A stretch of 64,000 nucleotides of DNA from an uncultured Clostridium sp. (GTDB lineage Bacteria; Bacillota; Clostridia; Christensenellales; CAG-138), in assembly GCA_900542285.1 (NCBI GenBank), contig UQNF01000002.1, positions 10,376-74,375 on the forward strand, given 5' to 3'. The notes beneath the pieces were generated by a model. The model saw only the letters and a list, made by a program, of their open reading frames with translations, had not been told where the DNA came from and ran no database searches. Made by a program: the position numbers and the translations under genes. This document shows positions 54,899 through 64,000 of the stretch, piece by piece (position 1 is the first letter of the stretch; each line of letters opens with the position of its first letter).

Positions 54899-55393
54899 TC
54901 AGCCGCCGAAATCGGCACCGATATCTTCGCCGCCGTCAACGGTGTAGATCCATTCCACCAGGTCGCCGTCGTTCAGTATGACGCTGTCGGCGCCAACCTC
55001 GGGGAATTCGCCGTTGACACGAAGCAGCCAATAGCTTGCGTCGCCGAATGCGCCGTTTTCGATGCCGCAAATACCCTTGACGAACAGACCGTATGCTCCG
55101 TTCTCGCTGTTGAGCGCGATCGAGTGGACCTTGCATACGAGCGTAAGCGCACTGCTGACGCTGCAGCCCTTGTTGACGGTGAGTTTCTCCGAACTGTAAA
55201 TGAGTCCGTCATTGGGAAGCTTCGATTTGAGGTCCGGATCGATAGCCTCGTTATTATAGGCGGTCGAAGAGTCGATAACGAATTTGATACTGATATTGTC
55301 CGCTTTATCGGTGGTATCCGGCGATTTGAATGCGCAGCCGCCGAATGCCAGCAGCAGCGCGAGCGACAGGAACAGGGAAACAAATTTCTTCAT
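54899..55393 (-). CDS. DUF4430 lipoprotein
   Basis: Start at ATG 55393 (AAAGGAGGG upstream). Lipobox LLAFGGC. C-terminal WLLRVNGEFPEVGADSVILNDGDLVEWIYT is typical of DUF4430. Confidence 0.65.
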   Translation of the reverse strand: MKKFVSLFLSLALLLAFGGCAFKSPDTTDKADNISIKFVIDSSTAYNNEAIDPDLKSKLPNDGLIYSSEKLTVNKGCSVSSALTLVCKVHSIALNSENGAYGLFVKGICGIENGAFGDASYWLLRVNGEFPEVGADSVILNDGDLVEWIYTVDGGEDIGADFGG

Positions 55394-55509
55394 AGGGTAT
55401 GACCCTCCTTTAACTAATGGCTTAATTATACACATTTCTTAACAATTTGCAAGCAAAGGTATCAAATCGCTGCAATATGGGGATATTAGGGCGTGAATAC
55501 GGAGGGAAT

Positions 55510-56235
55510 ATGCTGACATTATTTATCAGAACCATAATTATTTACCTGTTCATGTTCGTGATAATGAGGCTCATGGGCAAGCGCCAGCTCAGCGATATGC
55601 AGCCCTTTGACCTTGTCGTAACGCTTCTCATTGCCAATCTCGCTTCGGTGCCGGTATCCGACCCGGCAGTACCGCTTGCATACGGCGTTGTGACGATACT
55701 TGGGCTTTTTATCATGCAGAGGCTCGTTTCTCATATCTCGCTCAAGAGTGAGAAGATTAGGACGGTCATCTGCGGAAGTCCGCTTGTCGTCATCGCCAAG
55801 GGCGTGCTGCGTGAGGATGTTATGCGCGCGGCGAATTTTACATTGGACGACCTGTCCGAGCAGCTTCGGGACAAGGGAGTATTTTCATTTTCAGATGTTG
55901 AATATGCGATACTTGAGACCAACGGAAGCCTAAGCGTGCTGCTGAAGCCGCAGAACCAGCCGCCCACGATGGAGAGCCTGAATCTTCCGACAGACAAGGC
56001 AAGGCCTGCGCTGCTCCTGATAACCGACGGAAAGCTGCATCGGGATGCGCTCGGCGCGGCAGGCATTGAGGAAAAATACCTGAGCGGTATCCTATCCGGC
56101 ATGGGCTTTTCGGGCTGCAGGGATGTGCTGTTCGCATCGCTGGACGGCAGCGGAATGCTCCATGTGCAGGGCAAGCAGCGGAAGAATGCGGAGCCGGAGG
56201 CACGGTTCTTTAAGGTAAATGGCGGAAATCGGTAA
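55510..56235 (+). CDS. DUF421 (YetF-like) membrane protein
   Basis: MLTLFIRTIIIYLFMFVIMRLMGKRQLSDMQPFDLVVTLLIANLA is the canonical DUF421 N-terminus. GGAGGG RBS. Confidence 0.75.
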   Translation: MLTLFIRTIIIYLFMFVIMRLMGKRQLSDMQPFDLVVTLLIANLASVPVSDPAVPLAYGVVTILGLFIMQRLVSHISLKSEKIRTVICGSPLVVIAKGVLREDVMRAANFTLDDLSEQLRDKGVFSFSDVEYAILETNGSLSVLLKPQNQPPTMESLNLPTDKARPALLLITDGKLHRDALGAAGIEEKYLSGILSGMGFSGCRDVLFASLDGSGMLHVQGKQRKNAEPEARFFKVNGGNR

Positions 56236-56248
56236 AGGAGGAAAAAAC

Positions 56249-56680
56249 ATGCAGTCACTGATGAAGCAAAAGTCACATAAGAAGCTGGTCCATCAGTCCG
56301 TTGCCATTGCGCTCGGGCTTGCGATAGGGTTTGCGATATTGGCAGCGGTGTTCATATTGAGCGCAGCATATATGAATTCGCTCGAAGGGGAGCTGCTTCC
56401 GCTGCTCGACAGCTGTGAGCAGGCGGCACGGTCGGGGGAGCTTGAAAGGGTAAACTCGATTGCGCTCGAAATATTGGAGCTTCTTGACAGATCGCAGGTG
56501 AAGCTCCAGCTCTTTGCGAACCATTACGACATTGAAAAATGCATGAATGCCGCGCGTCTGCTTGCGCTGCTCGGCGAAAAGGGGGATATCCCTGCGTATC
56601 TCAATTCAATAGTTGAGATAAGGAGTCAGGTGCTGTTCATCAAGGAGAACAACCGCCTGTCGCTTGGCATCATCATATAG
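56249..56680 (+). CDS. DUF4363-like small membrane-anchored protein
   Basis: Single TM segment followed by a helical domain. Usual partner downstream of DUF421 genes. Family assignment from memory. Confidence 0.5.
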   Translation: MQSLMKQKSHKKLVHQSVAIALGLAIGFAILAAVFILSAAYMNSLEGELLPLLDSCEQAARSGELERVNSIALEILELLDRSQVKLQLFANHYDIEKCMNAARLLALLGEKGDIPAYLNSIVEIRSQVLFIKENNRLSLGIII

Positions 56681-56811
56681 GCGCAGAGCCGGAGAAAATC
56701 GACGGAAAAATATGTAATTCACTAAGAAATATAAGATTTCCATGCAGGAAAAAAGGAATTAAAATCGAATATAGAGAATGCACGAATTTTGTTTGAAAGG
56801 ATGGGGCAGGC

Positions 56812-58587
56812 ATGGCGTTACCCGATGCATGGATGCACGAACTGATGACACGGAACGATATCGTGTCGGTTATTTCCGAATACACCCATCTTTCAAGCAA
56901 GGGAGGCAGGCTGTGGGGCCTGTGTCCGTTCCATCCGGAGCGGGATCCGTCGTTCAGCGTGTCGCCCGATAAGCAGCTTTTTCATTGCTTCAGCTGCAAG
57001 GCAGGCGGCAGCGTGATCCAGTTCATCATGCAGGCGGAGAATCTGACCTATATCGAGGCGGTGCGCCATCTTGCCCAGCGCGTCGGAATGGACATGCCGA
57101 ACGAGGCGGACGACGCAAGGCTGCGCGAGGACAAGGCAAAGAGGGATAGGCTTTACAGCGCCAACCGCGAGGCTGCGCTCTTCTATGTAAAGCAGCTCTT
57201 TTCAAATGCCGGCGCGGCGGCGAGGCAGTATCTTATCGGCAGGGGCATAGACCGCAGCACGGCCGTGCGCTTTGGGCTTGGCTATGCGCCGAACGACTGG
57301 GATGCGCTGTTTCGGCATATGACGGAGCTTGGCTATTCAAGGGAGGAGCTGCTGGATGCAGGGCTTTGCGTCCGTGGGAGAAAGAACGATGAAGCGACAT
57401 TCGATTTCTTCCATGACAGGCTCATGTTCCCGGTGATCTCCGCAAGCGGCAGGGTCATAGCGTTCGGCGGCAGGATAATCTCCGGCAGCGACGGCGCAAA
57501 GTATATGAACACCGGGGATACGCTTATCTACAACAAGCGGCATAACATATACGGAATAAACCTTATGAAGGGCAAAAAGCTCTCCGAGCTCATCATGGTG
57601 GAGGGCTATATGGATGTGATAAGCCTTCATCAGGCAGGTATCGATAATGCCGTCGCCTCGCTCGGCACCGCGCTCACCGCACAGCAGGCCAAGCTTCTCG
57701 GCAGATACGCTCCGAGCGTGTATTATGCCTATGACGGCGACAGCGCAGGGCAGAAGGCGATGCTAAGGGGCATTGATGTGCTGGAGCAAAACGGAGTCGA
57801 ACCCAGGGTCATCAGGATACCGGAGGGCAAGGACCCCGATGAGTACGTCAGGGCGTACGGCACGGAAGCGTTTCTGCTTCTCAAGGATTCGTCGATATCC
57901 GCTCCCGCCTTCAGGCTGGAATACATGGCGGAAAAGTACGATTTCGCAACGCCGGACGGAAGGGAAAAGTATGCAAAGGAAGCCTGCGATTACATATCGG
58001 GGCTGGAACCGGTGGAGCGTGACCGCTATATAAGGCTCGTCTCCGAAAAAAGCGGCGTCGGCCAAGACGTGCTTCGTCAGCAGTGCGGAGAGGTCAGGCA
58101 CGACGGCGGCGCAGCTCAGCAGCGTGTGATCGGCGGCGCATACAGGCGTCAGCCCGTTTTGACCGAGCGAATAAAGGCCGAACAGATGCTGCTTGCCGGC
58201 ATGATGGTATCACGGGCGGATACGCAGCAAATAGTTCAGCTTCCGGATTTCTCGTATTCGCTTTTTGAAAAAACCGGGCTTGCGGACTTTGCCAAAGCAC
58301 TCGTAAAGGCGTATTCCGGGGGCGACAGTCCCGACATCACCTCGCTTATTGCCGCCTGCGAAGGCAGGGACGGCGAGTATGCCGGGGGGGCAGCCGATAT
58401 GGCCGAGAGCATAAGCTTTCCGCTTGCCACGGCTAAGGACTGCATCATGACGATAAAGAAGAGCGAGCTGGACGCAAGGATAAGGGAGCTGACCGCACTG
58501 ATAGATGAGGAAACGGATCCGGACAGGCGAAGGCAATTCCAGAAGGAGCAATCCGACTTGATAATAAAGAGCAGAAGCATCAGATAG
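56812..58587 (+). CDS. dnaG: DNA primase
   Basis: Zinc finger [29 protein letters not shown], the RNA polymerase core, and TOPRIM motifs ([24 protein letters not shown]). Confidence 0.9.
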   Translation: MALPDAWMHELMTRNDIVSVISEYTHLSSKGGRLWGLCPFHPERDPSFSVSPDKQLFHCFSCKAGGSVIQFIMQAENLTYIEAVRHLAQRVGMDMPNEADDARLREDKAKRDRLYSANREAALFYVKQLFSNAGAAARQYLIGRGIDRSTAVRFGLGYAPNDWDALFRHMTELGYSREELLDAGLCVRGRKNDEATFDFFHDRLMFPVISASGRVIAFGGRIISGSDGAKYMNTGDTLIYNKRHNIYGINLMKGKKLSELIMVEGYMDVISLHQAGIDNAVASLGTALTAQQAKLLGRYAPSVYYAYDGDSAGQKAMLRGIDVLEQNGVEPRVIRIPEGKDPDEYVRAYGTEAFLLLKDSSISAPAFRLEYMAEKYDFATPDGREKYAKEACDYISGLEPVERDRYIRLVSEKSGVGQDVLRQQCGEVRHDGGAAQQRVIGGAYRRQPVLTERIKAEQMLLAGMMVSRADTQQIVQLPDFSYSLFEKTGLADFAKALVKAYSGGDSPDITSLIAACEGRDGEYAGGAADMAESISFPLATAKDCIMTIKKSELDARIRELTALIDEETDPDRRRQFQKEQSDLIIKSRSIR

Positions 58588-58621
58588 CATGCTGTATTCG
58601 ACAGGAACACGGAGGTTAAAC

Positions 58622-59722
58622 ATGGAACACGACAGAGAAGAACTCAAAACGACGTCACAGAAGGTGGACGAGCTGATCGAAAGAGGACGCATCAGCGGCA
58701 CGCTGCCCTATGATGAATTTGAGGAAGCATTTGAGGACGAGGATATCTCCCCGGAGCAGATCGAGCTTGCGTACGACAAGATAGAGGACGCGAATATCGA
58801 TGTTATCGACACCGTCGAGGGGAGCGATCTTGAAAGCATCGCCAGCGAGGATATTGCCGAGACGGATTCAAAGCTCGTCGATACGGAAGGAACCACCGTC
58901 GACGACCCGGTACGCATGTACCTCAAGGAGATAGGCAGGATACCCCTGCTTTCCATCGAGGAGGAGACGGAGCTTGCCAAGCGCATGGCGGAGGGCGACG
59001 AGGAAGCCAAGCACAAGCTGGAGGAAGCGAACCTTCGCCTTGTCGTAAGCGTTGCCAAGCGCTATGTCGGAAGGGGAATGCAGCTTCTCGACCTCATACA
59101 GGAGGGAAACCTCGGCCTTATCAAGGCTGTGGATAAGTTCGACTACCGCAAGGGCTTCAAGTTCTCGACCTATGCGACATGGTGGATTCGTCAGGCCATC
59201 ACCCGTGCCATTGCCGATCAGGCGCGCACCATCCGCATACCGGTTCATATGGTAGAAACCATCAATAAGCTCGTCAGGGTTAACCGTCAGCTTCTTCAGG
59301 AGCTTGGCAGGGAGCCCCGTCACGACGAGATCGCAAAGGCAATGGGCGTCAGCGAGGAAAAGGTGCGCGAGATAATCAAAATAGCGCAGGATCCCGTTTC
59401 GCTGGAGACCCCGATAGGCGAGGAGGAGGATTCCCATCTCGGCGATTTCATTGCGGATGACGACGCCCCCGCCCCCGACAGCATGGCGACTCAGGCGATG
59501 CTCAAAAAGCAGCTCAACGATGTCCTTGCAACCCTCACCCCAAGGGAGGAAAAGGTGCTTCGCCTGCGCTTTGGCCTTGACGATGGCAGGACAAGGACGC
59601 TTGAGGATGTCGGCAAGGAGTTTAACGTCACCAGGGAGCGTATCCGCCAGATCGAGGCAAAGGCTTTGAGAAAGCTGCGTCATCCCAGCCGCAGCAAGAG
59701 GCTAAAGGACTATCTGGACTGA
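58622..59722 (+). CDS. rpoD: RNA polymerase primary sigma factor
   Basis: Region 2 ([27 protein letters not shown]) and region 4.2 ([30 protein letters not shown]). Start at ATG 58622. Confidence 0.9.
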   Translation: MEHDREELKTTSQKVDELIERGRISGTLPYDEFEEAFEDEDISPEQIELAYDKIEDANIDVIDTVEGSDLESIASEDIAETDSKLVDTEGTTVDDPVRMYLKEIGRIPLLSIEEETELAKRMAEGDEEAKHKLEEANLRLVVSVAKRYVGRGMQLLDLIQEGNLGLIKAVDKFDYRKGFKFSTYATWWIRQAITRAIADQARTIRIPVHMVETINKLVRVNRQLLQELGREPRHDEIAKAMGVSEEKVREIIKIAQDPVSLETPIGEEEDSHLGDFIADDDAPAPDSMATQAMLKKQLNDVLATLTPREEKVLRLRFGLDDGRTRTLEDVGKEFNVTRERIRQIEAKALRKLRHPSRSKRLKDYLD

Positions 59723-59812
59723 TAAGCCCTTAGTTTCGGCGGTCTGAGCCGGAATTGCTGCGAGCGTTCGGGATATTGCCAATAGCCGAGAAATGGCCGA
59801 CAAACAATATAT

Positions 59813-59841
59813 TTGACAGCGGAGCGATTTTAATATAGAAT
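59813..59841 (+). promoter_or_regulatory. promoter of the metG T-box leader (TTGACA-N17-TAGAAT)
   Basis: TTGACA at 59813-59818 and TAGAAT at 59836-59841 with a 17-nt spacer. Confidence 0.5.
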
Positions 59842-59847
59842 CGAACC

Positions 59848-60100
59848 GAATATGAACTATGACGGAAAGAGTAGGATATCATCCTCTGCAAAGAGAGCCG
59901 GCGGTCGGTGCAAGCCGGACGGGGGACTATCCGAACATGGCTCCCGAGTTCCCATCGCCGAACCGAATTTCGCTCAGGCCTTGGCGTGTTCGCACGTTAC
60001 AGCGTCAATGAAGCCCTCGCTCTGCGGGGGGAATTAGGGTGGTACAGCGTTTTTTTCGCCCCTATGCTTGGTTTTCCCGGGCATAGGGGTATTAATTTCC
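59848..60100 (+). promoter_or_regulatory. T-box riboswitch leader, Met specifier
   Basis: AGAGA/GNUGNGA-type stem I elements (aaagagagccggcggtcggtgcaagccgg), candidate specifier AUG at 59937-59939, T-box sequence AATTAGGGTGGTACAGCG at 60032-60049, and terminator stem CCCCTATGC (60059-60067) / GCATAGGGG (60081-60089). Confidence 0.8.
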
Positions 60101-60144
60101 CGGGAAATACCGCAAAATTTCGGCTGAATTATATAGGAAAGGAA

Positions 60145-62151
60145 ATGATTATGGAAAACAAGACCTTTTATATCACGACCCCGATCTATTACCCGAGTGC
60201 CAAGCTGCACATCGGGCATACCTACTGCACCGTCAATACCGATGCGCTTGCACGCTACAAGCGTCTTACGGGGTATGATGTGTACTTCCTGACCGGTGCG
60301 GATGAGCACGGCCAGAAGATAGAGCGCAAGGCTGCCGAGAAGGGCGTCACCCCTCAGCAGTATGTGGATGAGATTGTTGACGGCTTCCATGCCCTGTGGA
60401 AGCTCATGGACATCTCCAATGACGGCTTTGTCCGCACGACCGATGATTATCATATCGCCTGCGTGCAGAAGGCTTTTAGGAAGCTCTATGAAAAGGGCGA
60501 TATCTACAAGAGCACCTATAAGGGCAAGTACTGCACCCCCTGCGAAGCGTTCTGGACGGAAACCCAGCTCAAGGAGAGCGGCGGCGTCTGCCCCGACTGC
60601 GGAAGGCCCGTCGAGGAGGTCACGGAGGAAAGCTACTTCCTGCGCGTCAGCAAGTATGCTCCGAGGCTCATTCAGTACATAAACGACAACTCCGATTTCA
60701 TCCAGCCCGCTTCACGCGCCAAGGAGATGCTCAATAACTTCCTGCTTCCGGGCCTTGAGGACCTCTGCGTCAGCCGCAGCACCTTCAAGTGGGGCGTGCC
60801 GGTGGATTTTGACGACAAGCATGTGGTCTATGTTTGGTTCGATGCCGTTCTGAACTATCTGTCCAAGCTCGGCTTCCTCTCCGACGATGATTCGATGTAT
60901 CGCCGCTATTGGCCTGCCGATGTGCATATCGTCGGCAAGGAGATAATGAGATTCCATACGATAGTATGGCCCATTATCCTTATGGCGCTGGATGTACCGC
61001 TGCCCAAGCATGTATATGGTCACGGCTGGCTCGTGCTGGACGGCAAGAAGATGGGCAAGTCCACCGGAAATGTCGTTGACCCCGTCATGCTCGTAGAGCG
61101 TTACGGCGTGGATGCGATACGCTATTTCCTTCTCAGCGAGTTCCCATTCGGAAATGACGGCAGCTTTGACAACGCAACCCTCGTCACACGCATCAACAGC
61201 GACCTTGTAAACGATTTGGGCAACCTGCTGTCGAGGACGGTTGCGATGATAGAAAAATACTTTGACGGCCGCATTCCGCAGCACGATGCTCCCGTTCCGG
61301 AGGAGGACGAAGCCATTATCGAAGCGGCGCTTGCACTTTCCGGCCGCATTGAGGAATGCATGAATGCCTTCCATCCCAATGAGGCGCTCAGCGAGATATT
61401 CAGGCTCGTTCGTTTGTGCAACAAGTACATTGATATCACTGCTCCGTGGCTGCTTGCCAAGGATGAAAGCAAGCGGGCGAGGCTCGGCACGGTGCTGTAC
61501 AACCTTGCGGAGTGCCTGCGTATAGTCGGCGTATGCTTACAGCCCTACCTCACCAGGACTTCGCCGAAGATCTTCGCCCAGCTCGGCGTTGCGGACGATG
61601 CGCTTATGAGCTTTGAAAGCATTCATGAGTTCGGCAGGATATGTGTCGGTCAGAAGGTCGAAAAGGGAGAAGCCTTGTTCCCCAGAATAGATATCAAAAA
61701 GGAGCTTGAATATCTCGAGACCCTGCTCCCCAAGAATGATGAGCCTGCAGCTCCCGAGGCAAATAAGGAAGCCTCCGCACCCTCCGATAAGGCTGAAAGC
61801 TCCGACCTGCCCGATCTGCTCGATGAGATAAGCTATGATGACTTTGCCAAGCTCGATCTGCGCCTTGCCAAGGTAGTGGCGTGCGAGGAGGTCCCCAAGT
61901 CCAAGAAGCTGCTCAAATGCACCCTCGATTTGGGCTTTGAAACGAGGACAGTGCTCTCCGGCATCAAAAAATGGTATTCGCCCGATCAGCTCGTTGGAAA
62001 GACGGTCGTTGTCGTCGCCAATCTTGCTCCGAAGGTCATGTGCGGCATCGAAAGTCACGGCATGATACTCTGTGCGAGCGATGCAGGCGATGTCAACCTT
62101 TCCGCATTGACGACTCTTAAAGACATGGCTCCGGGGCTCAAGGTGAGATAA
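60145..62151 (+). CDS. metG: methionine--tRNA ligase with C-terminal tRNA-binding (EMAP/Trbp111-like) domain
   Basis: HIGH motif (KLHIGHTY), KMSKS variant (KMGKSTGN), zinc knuckle CTPCEAF....CPDCG, and C-terminal LDLRLAKVVACEEVPKSKKLLKCTLDLG. Start at ATG 60145 or 60151. Confidence 0.9.
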   Translation: MIMENKTFYITTPIYYPSAKLHIGHTYCTVNTDALARYKRLTGYDVYFLTGADEHGQKIERKAAEKGVTPQQYVDEIVDGFHALWKLMDISNDGFVRTTDDYHIACVQKAFRKLYEKGDIYKSTYKGKYCTPCEAFWTETQLKESGGVCPDCGRPVEEVTEESYFLRVSKYAPRLIQYINDNSDFIQPASRAKEMLNNFLLPGLEDLCVSRSTFKWGVPVDFDDKHVVYVWFDAVLNYLSKLGFLSDDDSMYRRYWPADVHIVGKEIMRFHTIVWPIILMALDVPLPKHVYGHGWLVLDGKKMGKSTGNVVDPVMLVERYGVDAIRYFLLSEFPFGNDGSFDNATLVTRINSDLVNDLGNLLSRTVAMIEKYFDGRIPQHDAPVPEEDEAIIEAALALSGRIEECMNAFHPNEALSEIFRLVRLCNKYIDITAPWLLAKDESKRARLGTVLYNLAECLRIVGVCLQPYLTRTSPKIFAQLGVADDALMSFESIHEFGRICVGQKVEKGEALFPRIDIKKELEYLETLLPKNDEPAAPEANKEASAPSDKAESSDLPDLLDEISYDDFAKLDLRLAKVVACEEVPKSKKLLKCTLDLGFETRTVLSGIKKWYSPDQLVGKTVVVVANLAPKVMCGIESHGMILCASDAGDVNLSALTTLKDMAPGLKVR

Positions 62152-62166
62152 GGATGAGGTAAACGC

Positions 62167-62826
62167 ATGATAACATTTTCGGATATCAAGAATAATGAAA
62201 GGATAAAGACTTTTATCGCGCGTGCGGATGCTTCGCTGCTGGCGCTTGGCTATACGGAGCATTCCTTTGCGCACGTCGGAATGGTCAGCAGCAACGCCGC
62301 TTATATCCTTGAAATGCTCGGCTATTCGGAGCACGAGGTCGAGCTTGTCAGGATAGCGTCCTATCTGCACGACATAGGCAACCTTGTCAACCGTGCGGAC
62401 CATTCCCAGAGCGGAGCTATCATGGCATTCCGCATACTGGAGGAGATGGATATGGATGCGGAGGATCTTGCGCTTATCGTGACCGCAATAGGCAACCATG
62501 ACGAGGGGACGGGCGTTCCGGTCAACGCCATTGCCGCCGCGCTCATCATTGCCGATAAGTCCGACGTTCGCCGCAGCAGGGTGCGCAACCGCAACCGCGA
62601 GACCTTCGATATTCACGACAGGGTGAACTACTCCGTAACCGAGAGCGGTATCGCCATCGATGACGCCAAGACCGTTTTGACGCTGCGGCTGACCATCGAC
62701 ACCCAGTATTGCTCCATCATGGATTTCTTCGAGATATTCCTTGCCCGAATGAAGCTCTGCTGCAAGGCTGCCGAAAGGCTTGGCCTGCGGTTCGAGCTTG
62801 TCATCAACGGACAGAAGCTGCTGTGA
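62167..62826 (+). CDS. HD-domain phosphohydrolase
   Basis: H...HD metal-binding pattern (EHSFAHVGMV....ASYLHDIGN...HSQSG....GNHDEG). Confidence 0.75.
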   Translation: MITFSDIKNNERIKTFIARADASLLALGYTEHSFAHVGMVSSNAAYILEMLGYSEHEVELVRIASYLHDIGNLVNRADHSQSGAIMAFRILEEMDMDAEDLALIVTAIGNHDEGTGVPVNAIAAALIIADKSDVRRSRVRNRNRETFDIHDRVNYSVTESGIAIDDAKTVLTLRLTIDTQYCSIMDFFEIFLARMKLCCKAAERLGLRFELVINGQKLL

Positions 62827-62842
62827 TTCTATAACGCAAAAA

Positions 62843-62881
62843 GGGGCTGCTGCAAAGCTATGTCAGCTTTGCAGCAGCCCC
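62843..62881. terminator. bidirectional terminator between the HD gene and the convergent cpsD-like gene
   Basis: 16-bp perfect stem GGGGCTGCTGCAAAGC (62843-62858) / GCTTTGCAGCAGCCCC (62866-62881), with an A-run upstream and a T-rich run downstream. Confidence 0.7.
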
Positions 62882-62895
62882 TAATTCTGTTCTGT

Positions 62896-63600
62896 TTATT
62901 TATTTGCTCCGTACTTTCCGCTGTAGGAATTCTTGTACCTGCCATTGCGCGCGTAGTAATAGGCCTTGCCCTTGGTCTGAAGCTTGTTGATGACGACGCC
63001 GAGGATCCTGCTTCCGCCCTTTTGGAGCTGGGCGACGACCTCCTGCGCCTGACGGCTCTTCAGCTTGCTGTCGCCGATGACGAGAAGGGTACCGTCACAG
63101 CAGTTGGCTGCGACAGCCGCATCAATGACCCTGCCAAGGGGAGGGGTGTCGATAAGGATATAGTCATAGCTCTTTCTCTGCTGCTCTATCAGCGCGGCAA
63201 AATACTTTCCGCCGAGAAGCTCGACAGGATTCGGCGGATATTTGCCGGAGAAGATGATACGGAGGTTCGGGTACTGGGTCGCAAAGGTGGCTTCCTCCGC
63301 AGTAGCAAGCCCCGACAGCACTTCGCTGAGCCCGACTGCCGCCTTGGCATTGGCGTTTCGGCCTGCCATTACGGATTTGCGCATATCAGCGTCTATGACG
63401 AGAACCTTCTTCCCAAGCTCGGAGAGGCTCCTGCCCAGATGCAGTGCGATGGTGGTCTTGCCTTCGTTTTCGTTGTAGCTCGTCAGTGCGATGACCTTGA
63501 TGTCCTGGCCGCAGAACTGGACGTTGGTACGGAGTACCTTATAGGCTTCCTGAGTGAAATAGTCCTCATTGCCCGGCAATGATAGCTTAATGTTTTCCAT
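62896..63600 (-). CDS. CpsD/CapB-family bacterial tyrosine kinase
   Basis: Walker A NENEGKTT, A' VLVIDADMRKS, Walker B ILIDTPPLG, and a C-terminal Tyr cluster KAYYYARNGRYKNSYSGKY. Confidence 0.85.
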   Translation of the reverse strand: MENIKLSLPGNEDYFTQEAYKVLRTNVQFCGQDIKVIALTSYNENEGKTTIALHLGRSLSELGKKVLVIDADMRKSVMAGRNANAKAAVGLSEVLSGLATAEEATFATQYPNLRIIFSGKYPPNPVELLGGKYFAALIEQQRKSYDYILIDTPPLGRVIDAAVAANCCDGTLLVIGDSKLKSRQAQEVVAQLQKGGSRILGVVINKLQTKGKAYYYARNGRYKNSYSGKYGANK

Positions 63601-63603
63601 TGG

Positions 63604-64000
63604 TTAATCCCTTCTGCCTTCCTGCGCACCGCCGTACGGCTCGTTTAAGTAAGCCTTGCTCCCATAGTAGTATTTGCCGTAGCCGGAATAATGTCCGTAC
63701 TTGCCCTTTTTGCCGCCGTTGGCGTCGGGTATCTCGGCAAGCACCGTAAGGCCCAGCGACTGCATGATATCGTCCTCCGTGCGCAGACTGTCATCCGCCA
63801 CGAACATGATGAGAAATACGAGATAAGCCGCTATTGCGCCGACAAGCCCGATGAGCGCGTAGGTGAATACGCCCATGCGGTTGCTCGGTTCATCGCTGAC
63901 GGTGCCGTATTCGAAAAGATTCACCTGTTGGAAGCCCATGGCCTCGGCGATCTTGTCCTGGCCTATCTCGCACAGGCGGTCAACGATACGCTTTGCAAGC
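63604..64000 (-). CDS. CpsC/Wzz-type chain-length/kinase-activator membrane protein (3' part; gene continues beyond the window)
   Basis: C-terminal TM helix (YALIGLVGAIAAYLVFLIMFV) followed by the DDSLRTEDDI..LGLTVLAEIP activator segment. The frame stays open to the window edge. Ends with a Tyr/Gly-rich tail. Confidence 0.7.
   Translation of the reverse strand, partial: LAKRIVDRLCEIGQDKIAEAMGFQQVNLFEYGTVSDEPSNRMGVFTYALIGLVGAIAAYLVFLIMFVADDSLRTEDDIMQSLGLTVLAEIPDANGGKKGKYGHYSGYGKYYYGSKAYLNEPYGGAQEGRRD

Noticed and set aside
62860-63582. 240-aa plus-strand ORF.
   Set aside because: It is antisense to the clearly identified BY-kinase gene and starts inside the bidirectional terminator hairpin.

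Overview
This 64-kb chromosomal window comes from a moderately GC-rich Gram-positive anaerobe. Gene content and a dockerin-like remnant suggest Clostridia (Oscillospiraceae/Ruminococcus-like), but that taxon call is inference only. The recognisable backbone is zapA, a U32 peptidase, mutS2, dapF, a LexA/HdiR-like repressor divergent from dinB, and sbcDC. It continues with an OmpR-type regulator/kinase/HtrA module, nfnAB followed by an electron-bifurcating-type hydCBA [FeFe]-hydrogenase, and a DHHW/DUF4358/SGNH surface-modification cluster. The window ends with dnaG-rpoD, T-box-controlled metG and the start of a cpsC/cpsD-like capsule locus. Three accessory patches stand out. (i) At about 14.1-21.0 kb there is a visibly AT-richer defence island. 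It holds a type 1 BREX locus collapsed by an internal deletion: brxA is intact, the brxB 5' end is fused to the pglX 3' part, pglX carries a further frameshift, pglZ is intact, and brxC and brxL are absent. The island also contains an XRE regulator, a transposase fragment and a Fic (SoFic-like) gene. (ii) At 37.8-42.6 kb a single AT-rich gene encodes a 1,606-aa fusion of a DEDDh exonuclease, a RecQ helicase and a UvrD helicase. I cannot assign this fusion to any named system. (iii) At 43.6-51.9 kb lies a podovirus-like head/neck structural module without terminase, portal, tail fibres or integrase. It is interrupted by an EamA transporter gene and ends in about 1.1 kb of non-coding DNA. That DNA has two different phased repeat arrays flanking an extremely AT-rich tract, an iteron-origin-like architecture with no Rep gene. 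Two further non-genic signals were found. A 68-nt promoter/5'UTR/RBS cassette is present twice in inverted orientation, 18 kb apart. One copy drives a 98-bp tandem duplication carrying stop-start-coupled mini-ORFs instead of a gene. No rRNA, tRNA, CRISPR array or reverse transcriptase was recognised. All homology statements come from motif recognition by eye and need profile searches to confirm.
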